From Bdellovibrionota bacterium (GTDB lineage: Bacteria; Bdellovibrionota_C; UBA2361; JAAYZI01): DNA of 64,000 nucleotides. Numbering within the stretch: position 1 is the first letter of the stretch; each line of letters opens with the position of its first letter. Both the position numbers and the translations under genes were made by a program. The notes beneath the pieces were generated by a model. That model was not told the origin of the DNA and made no database searches. It saw only the letters and a list, made by a program, of their open reading frames with translations. Location: the NCBI GenBank assembly GCA_050950765.1, contig JBMNIF010000002.1:832001-896000 (forward strand), read 5' to 3'. Below, piece by piece: positions 1-10,163 of the stretch.

Positions 1-2
1 TT

Positions 3-266
3 AGTTGCGCTAAGAAAAATAAAAAGAGAAGAATTACCTTTAAGTATGAAGTCGTTATAAGACGGGTTCCTGCTAATAAGGTACGTAAGAGTAGCGCTAA
101 GAAAAAGACGCAATCTCGGATCTTAAAACGTAATAGAGTAATCTTTAAGAAACAGCGACAAGGAACTTATAAGATTAGGTACAGAGTTAAGATCTATAAG
201 AACGGTAAACTTGCTAAGAACACGAAGTGGAGTAATTCTAAGAGTGTTAAAGTTCCGAGAAGGTAG
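3..266 (+). CDS. 3' end of a gene running in from the window edge; Lys/Arg-rich C-terminal domain paralogous to that of 695..3280
   Basis: Open frame 3..266 ending TAG translates to ...KRRITFKYEVVIRR...KRNRVIFKKQRQGTYKIRYRVKIYKNGKLAKNTKWSNSKSVKVPRR*, which aligns with the last ~90 aa of 695..3280. Confidence 0.85.
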   Translation, partial: SCAKKNKKRRITFKYEVVIRRVPANKVRKSSAKKKTQSRILKRNRVIFKKQRQGTYKIRYRVKIYKNGKLAKNTKWSNSKSVKVPRR

Positions 267-600
267 TTTTTTACGTAAGTGATTATTACCCTCCCCTCTA
301 TTCTGATTAACTACTTAAAAAAGAGACGAGGATATTTTCCCACAGCTTTTTATTATGTTTTTTACAAGGTAAATACTACTAAAACTTTAAGTCAACTTTG
401 ATCTTTAGACCTATCTCTTTTAAGAGGTAGAAGGTCTCTCTACTATTACCTTTATCCTTCAATAGCCCCCACCTGTCGTTTAGATCTAAGGTTCTGTTAT
501 TAACAAAAGTATTTAACAAGAGAGGAATTAAAGAGGTTTTAGGTGGGTGATAGCGCCATTCTTTTTAAGGTCTAAAATAGTAAAAATAGATTAAAACTAT

Positions 601-627
601 TAAGTTTTTTCACAATACAGCCGATGT
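601..627 (+). promoter_or_regulatory. sigma28 (FliA)-like promoter
   Basis: TAAG(601-604)-N15-GCCGATGT(620-627), ~70 bp upstream of the 695 ATG; consensus TAAA-N15-GCCGATAA. Confidence 0.55.
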
Positions 628-694
628 TGCAGGAGATTGATATCTCTCTATTGAAATTAAAGTGTTGAGATTAGTTTGTTTGTTAAAGGTTTAG

Positions 695-3280
695 ATGAAT
701 AAAGAATACTTAAGAGATTTTGAATTAGGTTTTGCTGATAGAGGGAGAGCTTTTAGCGCCTCTTTAAATGTTATGCAGTTAAGAGTTATGCAGATACTTT
801 TTATCTCGATGTTTCTCTCTTTTATTACCCTGTTTTTTACAAACGTTGCTTTTTCTCAAACAGTTACAGCAGGGTCGTTACAATCAGTAAGTGCCAGTCT
901 AAACAATACCTGCGGCGTAACAACAGATAGTAATAAAAATGTATATTGCTGGGGAAGTAACGAATATGGACAGTTAGGAAACGGAAGTGCGGAAGATAGT
1001 TCAGTGCCGGTAATGGTAAAGGGGGGAGAGCAGGGCGGAGCTTTTTTAAATGGGGTAAGTCAAGTTGCAGCGGGGTATTATCATACTTGTGCTGTTACAA
1101 CAGGTGGGGAGCTTTACTGTTGGGGAAGTAATTATTTCGGACAATTGGGAATTAATTCTACCTTAGATCAAACTATCCCTGTTAGAACTTTAAAAGGTGA
1201 ACAAGGTGGTGTAGGCACATATTTAGAAGATGTAAGTCAAGTTTCCACTGGGAAATATTATACTTGTGCTGTAACAACAGGTGGAGAGCTTTACTGTTGG
1301 GGATATAATACTTTTATGCAATTAGGAATTAACGTTTTTGAGTTTGAAAAAACCACTCCTGCTAGGGTTATTAAAGGAGAACAAGTAAGTTCTGGCACAT
1401 ATTTAGAAGATATAAGCCAAGTTTCTGCTGGAGAATATCATACCTGCGCCGTCACAACTCAAGGAGAGCTCTACTGTTGGGGTTTAAATTTCACTGGACA
1501 ATTGGGAATTAATTCTAGAAGAACTATTCTAGGCACTCCTGCTAGAGTTTTAAAGGGAGAGCAAGAAAGTTCCAGCTTATATTTAGAAGATATAAGTCAA
1601 GTTTCTGGTGGAAGTGAATATACCTGTGCTGTAACAACGGGTGGAGAGGTTTATTGTTGGGGATTGAATAATGGACAATTAGGGATTAATTCTACGGACA
1701 ATCAAAGTATTCCTGTTAGAGTTTTAAAAGGGGAACAAGGAAGCTCTGGTTTATATTTAGAAAATATAAACCAAATTTTTGCTGGAGAGGAGCATGTCTG
1801 TGCTGTAGCAACGGGTGGGGAGCTTTACTGTTGGGGAATAAGTGCCTCTGGACAATTAGGAAATAATTCAGATCACGAAATTACTACAATGACTCCTGTT
1901 AGGGTTTTAAAAGGAGCACAAGGAGGCGAGGGTTTATATTTAGAAGATATAAGTCAAGTTGCTGCTGGAGAAAAGCATACGTGTGCTGTTACAACAGGTG
2001 GAGAGCTTTACTGTTGGGGGTATGGAGGTAAAGGGGAATTAGGTTACGGAAATACGAAATATACCTTACTACCCGCTAAAATTTTCGATGGCTCCGGATC
2101 TGCGCCGTGTCAAAATGCCTGTTGTACGCACTGGGGTTATGAAAATATAGGAGAGGTTTGCTCCGCTGAAAAGATCTTTGGTTGTTACGGAGTAGCAGGA
2201 AGTTATAGCGTAGTTTGTGGAGAAGATGCCCCTAGCTGTTACGGAGATGCTAGGTATACTCAGATAGGGCAATTTTGTACAACAGGTAACGGATTTTGTA
2301 TTGCAAGGGGAATATACCAATGTTCAGGTGCGTTTACGACAGATCCTGTGACGTGTAATATCACACTACCTGCTGCTGCTTGCTGCGCCGATCCGAATTA
2401 TACGTTACTAGGTACAGAGTGTTATAGCGGGAAGGGTGTTTGTAGAAGTGCAGGAGAGTATGTTTGTAACGGTGTAGCCTCTACAAGCTCTGTTAGATGT
2501 AATGCAGTTCCGAACTTAGCTAATGCAGTTCTCGAAAATACAGAAGCTCTCTGTACAGATGGGCTTGATAATGATTGCGACGGTTTACCAGATGAACTTG
2601 ATCCTGATTGTGACCTCTGCCCTCTTGATGATAACAAATTATTCCCTGGAGTTTGTGGTTGCGGTGTTCCTGAAACAGATAGCGATGGAGATGGTACGCC
2701 TGATTGTATTGATCTCTGCCCAGCAGACCCTAATAAGATAGAAGCAGGGGTTTGTGGCTGCGGCATAGCTGATATTGATAAAAATCGTAATGGCATCATA
2801 GATTGTCTTGATCCGAAGTTACCAGCGGCAAAGATAAATAGTATCGTTACTAAAGAGACAGAGCCTATTAAGCCGCGAGTAGATGTGGTGAGGAGAAAGG
2901 TTATCGTTTATATGCAACGTTTTAACCGCGCAGAGTTACAAAACTTAAATATTGCAAATAAGTATGCTCGTAAGAAGGGTAGAAGAAATAAAAAGAGAGG
3001 TGATAAGATTACCTTTAAGTATGAAGTCTCTATGAGGTTAATCTCCGCCAATAAGATAACCAGTAAGAAAAATACAAATCGTACTAGGAAAAAGGTGCGC
3101 TCCCCTATCTCGAAACATAATAAGGTAGTCCTTAAGAAACAACGGAGAGGAGTCTACGAAGTTAAATACAGAATTAAGATTTATAAAAATGGTAAGTTTT
3201 TAAAGAACACAGAGTGGAGTGGTACTAGAAGAGTTGCGGTTCCGAAAAGAATAGTCTTCCCAAGGAGACCTAACTTGTAA
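695..3280 (+). CDS. Secreted/surface RCC1(BLIP-II)-repeat protein with Cys-rich region, thrombospondin type-3-like Ca-binding repeats and basic C-terminal domain
   Basis: Hydrophobic N-terminal segment; ~7 repeats QVSAGxxHTCAVTTGGELYCWGxNxxGQLG; CTDGLDNDCDGLPD; DSDGDGTPDCIDLCPADPNK..GVCGCG; K/R-rich tail. True start may be a downstream ATG. Confidence 0.85.
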   Translation: MNKEYLRDFELGFADRGRAFSASLNVMQLRVMQILFISMFLSFITLFFTNVAFSQTVTAGSLQSVSASLNNTCGVTTDSNKNVYCWGSNEYGQLGNGSAEDSSVPVMVKGGEQGGAFLNGVSQVAAGYYHTCAVTTGGELYCWGSNYFGQLGINSTLDQTIPVRTLKGEQGGVGTYLEDVSQVSTGKYYTCAVTTGGELYCWGYNTFMQLGINVFEFEKTTPARVIKGEQVSSGTYLEDISQVSAGEYHTCAVTTQGELYCWGLNFTGQLGINSRRTILGTPARVLKGEQESSSLYLEDISQVSGGSEYTCAVTTGGEVYCWGLNNGQLGINSTDNQSIPVRVLKGEQGSSGLYLENINQIFAGEEHVCAVATGGELYCWGISASGQLGNNSDHEITTMTPVRVLKGAQGGEGLYLEDISQVAAGEKHTCAVTTGGELYCWGYGGKGELGYGNTKYTLLPAKIFDGSGSAPCQNACCTHWGYENIGEVCSAEKIFGCYGVAGSYSVVCGEDAPSCYGDARYTQIGQFCTTGNGFCIARGIYQCSGAFTTDPVTCNITLPAAACCADPNYTLLGTECYSGKGVCRSAGEYVCNGVASTSSVRCNAVPNLANAVLENTEALCTDGLDNDCDGLPDELDPDCDLCPLDDNKLFPGVCGCGVPETDSDGDGTPDCIDLCPADPNKIEAGVCGCGIADIDKNRNGIIDCLDPKLPAAKINSIVTKETEPIKPRVDVVRRKVIVYMQRFNRAELQNLNIANKYARKKGRRNKKRGDKITFKYEVSMRLISANKITSKKNTNRTRKKVRSPISKHNKVVLKKQRRGVYEVKYRIKIYKNGKFLKNTEWSGTRRVAVPKRIVFPRRPNL

Positions 3281-3282
3281 GA

Positions 3283-3314
3283 AGTTTTTTAAAAGCGGAA
3301 GCTTTTAAAAAACT
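3283..3314. terminator. Hairpin, probable bidirectional intrinsic terminator
   Basis: AGTTTTTTAAAAGC-GGAA-GCTTTTAAAAAACT between convergent genes; a second inverted repeat CTCCTAACTTCC/GGAAGTTAGGAG lies at 3359-3419. Confidence 0.6.
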
Positions 3315-3430
3315 GTCTATCTTAGAGTAAGTTGGGGTTTGGCGTTTAGAGATAAACGCTCCTAACTTCCGAACTAAGATACCTTTTAGCTAAAATTGGA
3401 ATTTCTAGGAAGTTAGGAGGGAGCGTAGCC

Positions 3431-4438
3431 TTATCTGATTAACTCTTCTATCTGAGGAGCGATTAAGTCTTTTAAAGCTTCAAGTGGATCTCCTGCTGTG
3501 CCGTGAAAATGAAGGCGGTGTAGTAGAACAAATGGTGCCATAAGCTTCAGATCGTCTACTGAAACATAATCCCGTCCATTTACAAGCGCCCAACCTTGAA
3601 TGGCAGATTGTAACATCAGAGCTGCTCGTGTTGAGGCACCAAACTGTAAGAGGGGAGTGTCTCTAGTAGCCTGCACGATATTTACAATAGCTTGACGCAA
3701 CTTGGGGCTAATAAAGATGTTAGCGGCAACAGACCTAGCACGAAGGACATCACTACGCGAACAAACAGGTGTCGGATGCGTTGCTGCTTCTTTAATCGCT
3801 TGATGGTCTCTTAAGATCTCTATCTCCGTTTCCGTATCAACGTATGACATCGGGATCCTTAGGAGAAAACGATCCAACTGCACCAACGGTAACGGATACG
3901 TTCCCGCTATATCGAGTGGGTTTTGTGTGCCGACAACAAAGAATAGGTCATCAAGTGGATAGGTGTTGTTATCGATCGTTACCTGCTTTTCAGCCATACA
4001 CTCAAGAAAAGCAGCTTGAACCTTTGGACCCGTACGGTTAATTTCATCAGCTAAGACGATATTTGCAAAAACAGGCCCAGATCTAAAGGTAAAGGTGGCT
4101 GTGTGCGGCTCAAAAACTGTTACACCTAAAACATCACCTGGTAACATATCGGGGGTGAATTGAATCCTACTATATGGATGGATCTCAGGACGTTCAGGAT
4201 TATCCTTTGAGATAAGTCCGCCTAACGTTTTTGTTAAGGTTGTTTTACCTGACCCTGGATAGTCTTCAATCAAGACGTGACCATCAACCACTAAAGCAGC
4301 TAGTAGTAACTTAATAGTGTCATCTCTACCACGAATTGCACGTTGTAATCCGTTGATAAGTCGTTGAATGGTCTCCACACCCTCTTTAAACTGCGCATCC
4401 TGTTCAGGTGTTGTTTTATTTTCCTGATAATCGTTCAT
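3431..4438 (-). CDS. moxR: MoxR-family AAA+ ATPase
   Basis: GHVLIEDYPGSGKT, RIQFTPDMLPGD, LADEINR, GTQNP, GTYPLP..QLDRF, GASTRA. Confidence 0.9.
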   Translation of the reverse strand: MNDYQENKTTPEQDAQFKEGVETIQRLINGLQRAIRGRDDTIKLLLAALVVDGHVLIEDYPGSGKTTLTKTLGGLISKDNPERPEIHPYSRIQFTPDMLPGDVLGVTVFEPHTATFTFRSGPVFANIVLADEINRTGPKVQAAFLECMAEKQVTIDNNTYPLDDLFFVVGTQNPLDIAGTYPLPLVQLDRFLLRIPMSYVDTETEIEILRDHQAIKEAATHPTPVCSRSDVLRARSVAANIFISPKLRQAIVNIVQATRDTPLLQFGASTRAALMLQSAIQGWALVNGRDYVSVDDLKLMAPFVLLHRLHFHGTAGDPLEALKDLIAPQIEELIR

Positions 4439-6393
4439 AGTTCCCTTTTAAAAACACTTAGAGTTAAATCGTTAATGGCTGTTCTTAAATCACTGTTAAG
4501 AACAGTGCGCGTCGGAATCGAAAGATTCTGACATGAAAAAACCAAGCTGTGTTGCTGATCTGCCATTTGTATGTGGTTAAGCAGACAACGTGCCTCTGTT
4601 GACCTTAAAAAGATAGAAGCATTTAGGTTTTTAAGAAGTTCTTCGGAGTTAGTATTAACTTGAACCGGAAATCTTAATCCATAATTTATAAGCTCACTCC
4701 TTGAAATAGAAAATAACTTATAAGCAAGTTTCTGATAGTCTTTACTGTCAACTTGTAGCAGCGATAATTTCAATACTAATATCTTTACTTTCAAGGCGTT
4801 GTCAAAAGGTTCTCTTATGGAAGATAAAACTTCGTTAAGGATCGTGTGCGCCTCCTGTTCTGCGCCGTGCTGAATTAAGTTTTCAGCTAAAAATGTTTTA
4901 TAATAAACCTCTGCCGTAGGTCGCTTATCAAGTTCTTTTACACGTTTTAATCTGTTTTTTAAGAGGCGTGTCGGAATATCTGCTAAAACACTTCCGAGCA
5001 GGGGATATTCAAGCATGCTGTCCGTATTTCTGATATAGATATCTTCAAAGTCATTTAGGTCTTCCATTAGGATCTGTCTGGCGCGACGCATCAACCACCA
5101 AGATCTGATGCGATTTGAAGCTCTCTGATAAGATATTTGAAGTCGCTCTTTTGCTCCGGAAGGAAGATAAAACTTAAGATGATTATTTTTTGCTAATAGC
5201 GCTTGCGCCAATGAGGAGAGGGCAGCAGCCTGCATATCACTTTGATTGGTGCCGATCTTTCCAAAAAATTGCCTTTCCTTAGCGGCTATCTCTAAAGTTT
5301 TTAAAGCTTCATCAATGTCTCCCGTGTGTAGAGCGATACGTCCTAGTGCCATATTCATTAATGATTTATGCTCCTCTTCATTTTTTAACGGAAATTGGGC
5401 ACGACACCTTTCAAACTCAAGTAGATTTTGACGAGCTCCTCTAAAGTTTAACTCTTCGATGTTAAGTGTTGCTAAATTAATGCTAAGTAAGATGTGATCA
5501 CAAAATTTAGGAGAGAGCACGGCACGCTCCCAGTTCCTGCGAGCGTTCCTCTCATCAAAAATTTCACGGTAAACTTCTCCAGCGTTGTTAAGGGGGGAAA
5601 TGACATCACCGTTAGAACCTAGTGCTGCCTCGTAATCATAAGCTTCTTTAAAAGCTTGCAAGCTCGCCTGCTTTTCATCAACGGTTGAGAGCAGAATACC
5701 TAAAATATTTAAAATAGCACCACGTTGCGATCTCCCTAAAAAAAGCCCAAGCCTTGCTACTTTTAATGCCTCTTCATTCCTACCCAGTTTGAATAAGATC
5801 CAAGCACGAGATGATGCTACCCATTCATCAGTGTAGTTATATTTTGTAAACTCATCCAGCGCAGCTAACGCTCCTTCATAATCATCAAGATTAAGTCTAA
5901 TGGCGGAGATAAGATTTAAGATATTCTTATGAAACTCTTTTGTTAAAAGGTTATAATAAGGTGGCTTGCCTTTGATCTTATACAAGATCTGTTCAGCACG
6001 CTTAGCATAACGTAGAGCTAACTTAAAGTGTCCGACATGACGCAGATAATATTCTGATAATAAAAGGTGCGCCCCTAACAAATTCGGATCTTTCTGCAAA
6101 GCTTTGAGAAACTTCGTTCGGGCTTCAAGGAGTTTATCACTCATCTGTAAACTTATCCCCTCCTGTAAAAGGGTCTCGGCAGATTTATTAGCATCAGGGT
6201 CTTTTTTACCTTGAAAGGTGTTAGTAGGTTTTGCGGAAAACGGATTTAAAGGTTCTTGCACCTCCGAGTCATCAAAAAAGAAGGGAGAAGGAGGATCGTT
6301 TTCAAAGTCAGCTTGCACGTGCAGAGGTAGTAGCAGCATACTCAAAAGTAAGGTTGTAAATATGAAAGGTCGTTTTAAAAAGATGTGTTGCAT
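4435..6393 (-). CDS. Exported tetratricopeptide-repeat protein
   Basis: Signal peptide (..LPLHVQA), repeated TPR-like helices; overlaps neighbouring genes by 1-4 nt. Confidence 0.7.
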   Translation of the reverse strand: MQHIFLKRPFIFTTLLLSMLLLPLHVQADFENDPPSPFFFDDSEVQEPLNPFSAKPTNTFQGKKDPDANKSAETLLQEGISLQMSDKLLEARTKFLKALQKDPNLLGAHLLLSEYYLRHVGHFKLALRYAKRAEQILYKIKGKPPYYNLLTKEFHKNILNLISAIRLNLDDYEGALAALDEFTKYNYTDEWVASSRAWILFKLGRNEEALKVARLGLFLGRSQRGAILNILGILLSTVDEKQASLQAFKEAYDYEAALGSNGDVISPLNNAGEVYREIFDERNARRNWERAVLSPKFCDHILLSINLATLNIEELNFRGARQNLLEFERCRAQFPLKNEEEHKSLMNMALGRIALHTGDIDEALKTLEIAAKERQFFGKIGTNQSDMQAAALSSLAQALLAKNNHLKFYLPSGAKERLQISYQRASNRIRSWWLMRRARQILMEDLNDFEDIYIRNTDSMLEYPLLGSVLADIPTRLLKNRLKRVKELDKRPTAEVYYKTFLAENLIQHGAEQEAHTILNEVLSSIREPFDNALKVKILVLKLSLLQVDSKDYQKLAYKLFSISRSELINYGLRFPVQVNTNSEELLKNLNASIFLRSTEARCLLNHIQMADQQHSLVFSCQNLSIPTRTVLNSDLRTAINDLTLSVFKREL

Positions 6394-8591
6394 TAGGCGC
6401 GTCTCCTCTCAAAGATCGTTAAGATAGAGGAGATATTTAAATACGATAAGAGACGTTTCTTTAATGGGATTACGTGTAACGCTCCGTTATCTGCTTCAAT
6501 CCCTTGCAGTAACGCCCCCTCCTTTAACCAAGTTGCATCCCTATCAAACTCAAGACGTGATAGTAGAGAAGCAGTGCTTAATTGCGAAGAATTAAGTAGC
6601 GAGCTGACACGCTCTCTAAACTCTTCATACGTCTCTCCGTATTGTCTACCAAACCCCAAATCGTGTAACTGCACCGTAACGGCACGATAACCTCTGCGGA
6701 GTCGTTTCGGTAGTGAAGAAGGGAGGTGCCAAGCTAAAATAAGATACGCTTTGTAAAGATAAAGTAGTAAAAGCAGCGTGGCTAGTAGTAGTATCGTATT
6801 CTTTAATGAAGGTAAGGGGTAGGTGGAGCTTTCTGAAAACCCTTTTTCACCTGTTGTTAGATCCTCAGGTAGGATCTCTTCGTCAGGGCCGATCAGCCCC
6901 ATCAACTCTTCAAGGAGATCTACATCAACGGGGGTTTCTGCGTGACTTTCTACGTGTTGCGGAGCAAGGTCAAAGGGGATCCACCCTATTTTATTAACGT
7001 AGACCTCTGCCCAAGCGTGTCTATCATTCATGCGTAAGAGGATGTGCCCATCTTTAGCTTGACTTAAATCGGTGGCATAGCCTGTGGCGATACGGGTAGG
7101 AAACCCTAATGATCTTAATAGATATGTGATGGCATGCGCAAAGTGCACACAATAACCACGCATATCTCCAAAAAGAAAGGTCGAAACGGGATCTTCGCCG
7201 TCTTTGATCTCTTGCCCTGGGGTGAGGGTGTAAATTACGTTTTGATTGAGATAGGCGATCAGTAGATTTAATTTAGCAAGTGGAGTATCGCCGTTAGCTG
7301 TGATCTTTTCAGCAAGCTCTTTATAGCGTGGGTCGGGGTTGGTACGTAAATAATACTCACGCACTTCAGGAGTCCAATCTGGATTGTCAAATATAGCAAA
7401 GCTGAGATCCTTTGGAAGAAACGCTGGTGCCATAGAGTAAGCTTTATAGGCTGCTTTGAATTTATTGGTATTATCAGGAACTTTTAAAGGCGTGATATTA
7501 AGTGGATAATCTATGGCAAAAGCATTCTGTTGTTCCGCTAAAAGATAAACTGATTGAACCACAGGAGTTCGGTATTCTAATTCAGTTTTGGCTTTCCGAT
7601 TGTACGGTTGTTGAGGAGTAGTAAAGTTTACATCATCATCAATCTTATGGTCTCCGATGATCAAACTTTTGCCGTCAAAATCAGAGATGGCGGAGTCTCT
7701 AAAATATAACATCGGGGTGTTTGGATTCTCTTTATAGTCGTTATCTAACCTCACCAAAGCCACAGGTTGATTTGAACTGCCGAGTCCTGAATGAAAATCA
7801 AGTGGAGAGATCCCTTCACGAGTATCTTCACCGACACCATTCTTGATCTTACTGGCAGAAGCTTGCTCATGATAGGTGTAAGTTTGGTAGCAGATTAGAT
7901 AGAGCACAACGGCTGCTAAAGTTAAAATGATAGAACCTGAAAGACGATCTTTAGCACCGTTATGTACAAACGTTGAGGTTCGTGCTGCGGAAGAGGTGCT
8001 AAACGGTGTTGCTGCGATAATAGAGTATAGAACAATGGATATCGTAATTGCTGCAATGATTATAATAAGCATGGTCAGTTGCGAAACGCCGAAGTACCAA
8101 GCAACTGAGTTTACAAACTCCAAACGATCAAAGTGATAGTGTCGATGCCCCGCAAGCATCCCTATAAAAAGTATTATTAGTGCAAAAAGCTCAACTGTTA
8201 GAGCGTGTTTATACCTCCAAAAAAAGTAGGTAGAGAGTGTGGCGATCCAAAAAGAGAGCGCTATCAGGTTTAGATGTTGCGTAAAGGAGTAGATCCCAAA
8301 GGTCATTGAGGAGGGTATCAACCTAATGAGTGCTATTATCAAAGAGAAAAGAGGGATGGCGATAATAGAAATCGTTAAAAATCCACGTAGCGCTAAACGT
8401 GTTGAGCTTAAAAACGTTCCCGCCAAGAGCCCTAAAATTGCAGCTAAACTGATTAAGCTTGGAGCGGTACCGAGCTCTATAAATCTATCAAGTGCATAAA
8501 CAAAGAAGGAAAAGAATGCAGCACGTGCTAGTAGAATAAAGATATAAGTAGATCTGCGCCGCTTTAAGTCTGTGTTATTTAGGGGTGTCAC
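6393..8591 (-). CDS. Multi-pass membrane protein with transglutaminase-like domain
   Basis: ~7 N-terminal TM segments; GYCVHFA (Cys), HAWAEVY (His), WIPFD (Asp) triad; C-terminal TM. Confidence 0.85.
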   Translation of the reverse strand: MTPLNNTDLKRRRSTYIFILLARAAFFSFFVYALDRFIELGTAPSLISLAAILGLLAGTFLSSTRLALRGFLTISIIAIPLFSLIIALIRLIPSSMTFGIYSFTQHLNLIALSFWIATLSTYFFWRYKHALTVELFALIILFIGMLAGHRHYHFDRLEFVNSVAWYFGVSQLTMLIIIIAAITISIVLYSIIAATPFSTSSAARTSTFVHNGAKDRLSGSIILTLAAVVLYLICYQTYTYHEQASASKIKNGVGEDTREGISPLDFHSGLGSSNQPVALVRLDNDYKENPNTPMLYFRDSAISDFDGKSLIIGDHKIDDDVNFTTPQQPYNRKAKTELEYRTPVVQSVYLLAEQQNAFAIDYPLNITPLKVPDNTNKFKAAYKAYSMAPAFLPKDLSFAIFDNPDWTPEVREYYLRTNPDPRYKELAEKITANGDTPLAKLNLLIAYLNQNVIYTLTPGQEIKDGEDPVSTFLFGDMRGYCVHFAHAITYLLRSLGFPTRIATGYATDLSQAKDGHILLRMNDRHAWAEVYVNKIGWIPFDLAPQHVESHAETPVDVDLLEELMGLIGPDEEILPEDLTTGEKGFSESSTYPLPSLKNTILLLATLLLLLYLYKAYLILAWHLPSSLPKRLRRGYRAVTVQLHDLGFGRQYGETYEEFRERVSSLLNSSQLSTASLLSRLEFDRDATWLKEGALLQGIEADNGALHVIPLKKRLLSYLNISSILTIFERRRA

Positions 8592-9994
8592 GCAGCATCC
8601 TCCGAAAAAAGTCGCCAGTTATTAGTTGTGGCTAGTTGTAAAAAAGCGATCTTATCCTCCTCTGAAAAAGGTGGTTTCTCTTCAGGGAAAAACCACTCTG
8701 AAAGATGAGCTCTTGAGGCGTTTAGAAAAGAATTGTTGTGTCGAGGTTTGCTTAAAATTATAGGGTGCTCTCCAATCATAAAAAAGATCGGTTCAATCTG
8801 TCTTGCACTAAGGATATCAGCTGTATCAGTCAACGTTTTAATAAAACTGCGATCTGATAGCCGTGCGCTATCAAAAAATAGTAGGATAGATTGAAGGTGA
8901 GCGTTGTGCTGAGCTCCTTTTATATCATCAACAAAGGTTAATACCTCTGAGAGTGGAGAAGCGTTTTTAACGTTCCAAACTTCAGTAACCATACGATCTT
9001 CAGCGATAGTTAAAGAATTTGTTGCTTGCGCCGTAGAGCCCTCGCAATTAAAAACTATTTCAAGGTCGGCACTACTTAGCCGTTGCAGATACGCTGCTGC
9101 CGCCGCCGCTGTACGGTCATCTTCAGCACGAGCAAAACAGAAGACAGCCACCTGCCCCTCCGGTGAAGATGCAGCTTCTTGATGGCGTGACATTAAAGTG
9201 CCGGAACGGGCAAAGATCTTCCAGACGATTTTTTTTATGCCGTCTGATGGATGATACCGTTTTATATCAAGTGGCTCTCCACGTCGTTCTTTGGAAGCGG
9301 TGATGACATCGCCTGCTTTATAAAATGAGCTGAGGATGGGAAGTTTGGCAACAGAGACAGGAGTAGGGAAAACTTTGAAGGATTGAGTCACTTCTGGTGT
9401 TTTTATATCCCACGAAAAAGCGCTAAGTCCAAGTCTGCCCTGAAGAGAACACGTTATCTTTGAGATACGCCACACACCGCGGTGCGGAAAGGTGATAGGA
9501 TAGGTTAGGAGTTTTTTCTCATAAAAGGTGCCTTTTAAGGTGTATTGCAGTGGTTGTGGATCTGCGTCTGCAAAGTGAATGGAGAGGGAGAGGTTAAAGA
9601 GTGGAAGGATCTTACAATGAGGTAGCTTTAATAAAAGAGTTGTCTCTTTACGAGCGTAGGTGCGGTCATTAGGTGTTGCCAGTGGTGGTTGTACAGCGAG
9701 ACTTTGCAACTTTTGCTTTAGGGAAAGTCCGTGTAGGAGGGTTGCAAAAACAGCATAGAGTAAGATTACGAAAAGGGCAGACGCTATGATGGTTGCTGTA
9801 ATATCAGCATCTTTTTTAATGGGAAAGATTAAAAGGAGTAGTAGAAAAAAGAGTAGTAGAACTCCGCGCAGAGTGATCCTGAACTCCATCTTTTTTGCCG
9901 TGTTTTGTATAAATTTAAAAACGTTGAACATATTTAGAACGATACTCAAAAATTGCGGATAGTAAAAGAGAGAAGAGAGATAATAAGGGCGCAA
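8588..9994 (-). CDS. DUF58-domain membrane protein
   Basis: Two N-terminal TMs, FPHRG, IKRYHPSDGIKKIVWKIFAR (DUF58 R-x-Y-x-x-G-D..I.WK..AR pattern); start probably at a downstream ATG. Confidence 0.75.
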   Translation of the reverse strand: MRPYYLSSLFYYPQFLSIVLNMFNVFKFIQNTAKKMEFRITLRGVLLLFFLLLLLIFPIKKDADITATIIASALFVILLYAVFATLLHGLSLKQKLQSLAVQPPLATPNDRTYARKETTLLLKLPHCKILPLFNLSLSIHFADADPQPLQYTLKGTFYEKKLLTYPITFPHRGVWRISKITCSLQGRLGLSAFSWDIKTPEVTQSFKVFPTPVSVAKLPILSSFYKAGDVITASKERRGEPLDIKRYHPSDGIKKIVWKIFARSGTLMSRHQEAASSPEGQVAVFCFARAEDDRTAAAAAAYLQRLSSADLEIVFNCEGSTAQATNSLTIAEDRMVTEVWNVKNASPLSEVLTFVDDIKGAQHNAHLQSILLFFDSARLSDRSFIKTLTDTADILSARQIEPIFFMIGEHPIILSKPRHNNSFLNASRAHLSEWFFPEEKPPFSEEDKIAFLQLATTNNWRLFSEDAA

Positions 9995-10003
9995 CTCCTC
10001 CCG

Positions 10004-10163
10004 TTTTTATGTATAAAACAGGGAAACTCGTATTATAGAGCGTGGAAGGAAAAAAGTCTGCACGGAGTCGGAACGTTATTTTTTTATGTATAAAACAGGA
10101 GAGCTCGTATTATAGAGCGTGGAAGGAAAAAAGAGTCTTTACGGAGTTGGAGCGTTATTTTTT
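10004..10163. repeat. Two-copy ~77-bp imperfect tandem duplication including the stop of 10155..10808
   Basis: TTTTTATGTATAAAACAGG..CTCGTATTATAGAGCGTGGAAGGAAAAAAG..ACGGAGT.GGA.CGTTATTTTTT at 10004 and 10081. Confidence 0.85.

Noticed and set aside
940..2070. Diversity-generating retroelement target in the RCC1 repeats
   Set aside because: Variation among repeats is not adenine-specific, and there is no reverse transcriptase or template repeat in the window
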